Of a stretch of 64,000 nucleotides of DNA, positions 61,314-64,000 are shown piece by piece. This DNA is from Camelus ferus (lineage: Eukaryota). The stretch covers positions 46,316,001-46,380,000 of the forward strand of contig NC_045707.1 in the NCBI RefSeq assembly GCF_009834535.1, given 5' to 3'. Both the position numbers and the translations under genes were made by a program. The notes beneath the pieces are model-generated. The model saw only the letters and a program-made list of their open reading frames with translations. It did not search any database and was not told the origin of the DNA. The first letter of the stretch is position 1, and each line of letters begins with the position of its first letter.

Positions 61314-63298
61314 ACCACCAAAAATTCTATGTAGTAATACATTTGGGTATTCATTCAGCTATCTTCATAGAATGAATTCCTAGGATTGGGCCAGGGGATG
61401 AGCAGGTTTATCATCTTGAAACAGGTAACTTTCCAGAAAGTTTAGTATTGATGTGTGTGTGTGTGTGTGTGCCTGCACACATGTGAGTGCAGATTAACAA
61501 CATGGTTTTTTTGTGTGGATAGGGGTAAGGTATATCATTCGTTTGGGTGTGGTACCTACTGGTGATGTGTGGTAGTATATTCTAGCTTTATAAGTCATTA
61601 AAATTAACATATAGAAGGTAATGAAATTGCAAACATCATCTTGGAACAGGAGAAACCCTCTTGGTTTGGGAAAGTAAGATTGCACAGGAACTAGAATTGG
61701 AGGTGTAGTGACGATGGTGGTTATTGAGAAAGGAATATTCGGAAACTTGTGAATTCCTGGAGAGTACTTCAAGTAGATATTTCAGTGCTCAAAGGAAAGG
61801 AGATAAATCATTTTAACTTTATTTTCTAGAAATATTTAAGTCTTTGTGTATTTTATTTCCTTGAGGACTTAACTTCCATTTTAAGGTTAGGGTCAGTGAA
61901 AATATTTGCTGTCAACCTAACTGGAATATGGAAGAAAAGTATTCATTTTAGGTTGGAAATCTTTCACTGGTAGTAGGCCTACATGGTAGCTCTTTATTTT
62001 TCCAATGCAGTTTCTTTCAGCTAATTAAAGTGAAAACCTTTATAATGCTTTTTGGTGATATTATTACCAAGTGTGAAATAGGTTTATTGTGTGTTTCTAT
62101 TTCTTAAAGATTAATTTGGATCAAAGAGCAGAATCAAAATTACATGCCAATTTTATGATCCAATTTATTAACTCCATACTAAATATATGCTCTAGACAGA
62201 ATAATGTTGTGGCTGCAGCATTTGCAAAGGTTGAATCTCTATACACATTTAAACTAAGAATAAGGAGTAAAGTGTCCTTAAAGGACTTTCCCCGCCTCTT
62301 TTAAAATAGGCAAAGCAGGAAACCAAAGCAAATCCAATTTTAGTTTAATGAAAGTCTTTTTATGTAATATGTAGACATCACATTAATTTATCAGAAATGG
62401 TGTATTCAGTCAAGACTCAGTAATTTAATGGTTGGTTTGTGTAGGCTAAAGATCATCTCTTGTAGTAAAAAAAAAAAAAAAAGTAATTAATAATCACCCA
62501 TGACTAAGGGAGACACCATTGGGAAAAAATGTATATAATAGTCCTGAGAAAGATTAATGAAGTTAAAAAGGTCAGAAATATTTTGATTAAAATTTTTGTT
62601 TGTAATTATTTACAGTAAGTACACTTGTCTTTTTTTTTTTTTTTTTTTTAACTTCTGGATATGCAAACATTTAGTTACTTCCATAATTTTGGATCAGTGC
62701 TTTTGGAGATAGCTGAGGTGATTTAGTTTCCTGTTCTTAGCACAGTGCATAGATGATCAATATTTATGTGTTGACTGATTTCTCCTCTGAATCTGCAGCC
62801 TAAGTGCAGTTCACCTTGTGTCAAATAAAAGACCCTCTGTAGCATTGATCACAGACATAATTGCTTGCTGAAGGTCATGTTTGTGAAGACTGTGATTCTC
62901 CCCAACCACTTGTCAAGTTCCAAATAGCTTTTCCCCTGATTTCAGAGTGTGGATTTTGTATCAGAATCCACGTGTGAAGTTTACCTTGGTATCTTCAGGA
63001 AACAAACATTCATGGTTTATGAATCCAGGAGTACCTAAACTGGAAGAGTCGGTACTTGTCAGTACTTCTAGTTAGGTTAATGCTTGAAGATGTGACCTTG
63101 ATGGTCACAGAAACTTTGCATGGAAGTAAGGAAAATTTAAAGTATGATTCAACTTTATTCTTGAATTTTGTTTTTGCCCAATTGAAAATCTGAAAATTGA
63201 GTTTTGTTATGAAATGACAAGGAGAATAATAAATGATAAAAATATATATAACCTGAAGGAGTTCAGTGATCACTAATTAAGTGTATTTCTTTCTGCAG

Positions 63299-63399
63299 GT
63301 ATAATTTGGCCGCCTGAGATTCTGTCTTAGCAAGAAGGAAGTGGAAAATACTCTTTGAAAGAAAACTAAGACAATAAGGAAGCCAGAACTTACTTTTAC
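63299..63399 (+). other. CEP83: 5'UTR portion of the CEP83 first coding exon
   Basis: Polypyrimidine acceptor TTTCTTTCTGCAG|G (AG at 63297-63298); no ATG before 63400; in-frame TAA at 63367-63369. Confidence 0.85.
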
Positions 63400-63572
63400 A
63401 TGGTTGTCAGCTCATTTACCAATATGGACACTTTTCCCACCATTTTTCCTCCCAGTGGAGACAGTGGGCTGACAGGTTCTCAATCTGAGTTCCAAAAAAT
63501 GTTAATTGATGAACGTTTACGATGTGAGCATCATAAAACTAATTATCAGACTCTGAAAACTGAACACACAAG
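63400..63572 (+). CDS. CEP83: Centrosomal protein 83 (CCDC41), first coding exon
   Basis: Translates [57 protein letters not shown](R), recognisable as the CEP83 N-terminus; 173 nt ending at donor AG|GTAAAT (phase 2). Missing from the supplied ORF track. Confidence 0.96.
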
Positions 63573-63984
63573 GTAAATTAAATTTAGAGCGGAGAGGTTT
63601 GATTAAAAATTTTTATTTTGTCTGAATATTTACTCTGAAACATATGGAATAATTTTGTTATTTTGCAGTATACAGTATACATTTAAACCTTTTTTAATAT
63701 AGTAATTTTTTTGTTTTAAATCAAGGTTGTAAATTTATTTAAGTCTTATCTTGAAAGTAGCAAGACATGAAATTCAGTGTGTTTTCCCCCCCAATGTAAA
63801 ACTGCATTCAGAGATTACAGTGTTAATAATTAAATAGAACTCTGTAAAGCAAAGATATTTGCAAGTTTAATGAAATATATGATATTGGTCTTGCTCTGTA
63901 GTGTTGGTTGACTTTACATAAAGTAATACAATTAGAAAGCAAAGGATACATTTAAAATTGAATTCTTCTTTTTCTAAAAATCAG

Positions 63985-64000
63985 GTTGCAAGATGAATAC
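63985..64000 (+). CDS. CEP83: CEP83 second coding exon (start only; runs off window)
   Basis: Acceptor TTCTTCTTTTTCTAAAAATCAG|G; phase-compatible join AG+G = Arg, then LQDEY continues the CEP83 coiled coil; 412-nt intron. Confidence 0.9.

Noticed and set aside
1..64000. CRISPR array, operon-like or prokaryotic defence system
   Set aside because: The sequence is clearly mammalian, with no repeat-spacer array and no cluster of intact ORFs. Tandem repeats are simple microsatellites or short duplications.

Overview
This is mammalian genomic DNA, probably camelid (camel/alpaca), judged from three copies of a tRNA-derived SINE resembling the camelid vic-1 type and from the young L1 3' ends. It is AT-rich and dominated by repeats. 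The only host gene I can support is the 5' part of CEP83 (CCDC41, centriolar distal-appendage protein) on the + strand. It has a CpG-island promoter and non-coding first exon at about 33.7-34.7 kb, then about 28.6 kb of repeat-rich intron. The first coding exon is 63299-63572 (ATG 63400, [58 protein letters not shown]) and the next coding exon starts at 63985. The first ~33 kb is intergenic: nested L1, L2, MIR, MaLR/ERV1/ERVL LTRs, hAT and Tigger fossils, and a decayed ERV-L-class provirus (RT-IN-dUTPase plus an LTR16-like LTR). Almost all ORFs in the supplied track are spurious or L1 fragments. I see no convincing new multi-gene system. The best leads are: two RFX X-box clusters in intron 1 (one next to a forkhead motif), a spliced uORF and a leaky-scanning start arrangement for CEP83, two unidentified retroposed mRNA fragments inside older repeats, and three local template-switch scars. 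Repeat family names come from recognising consensus motifs by eye, and boundaries are approximate unless a target-site duplication (TSD) is given.
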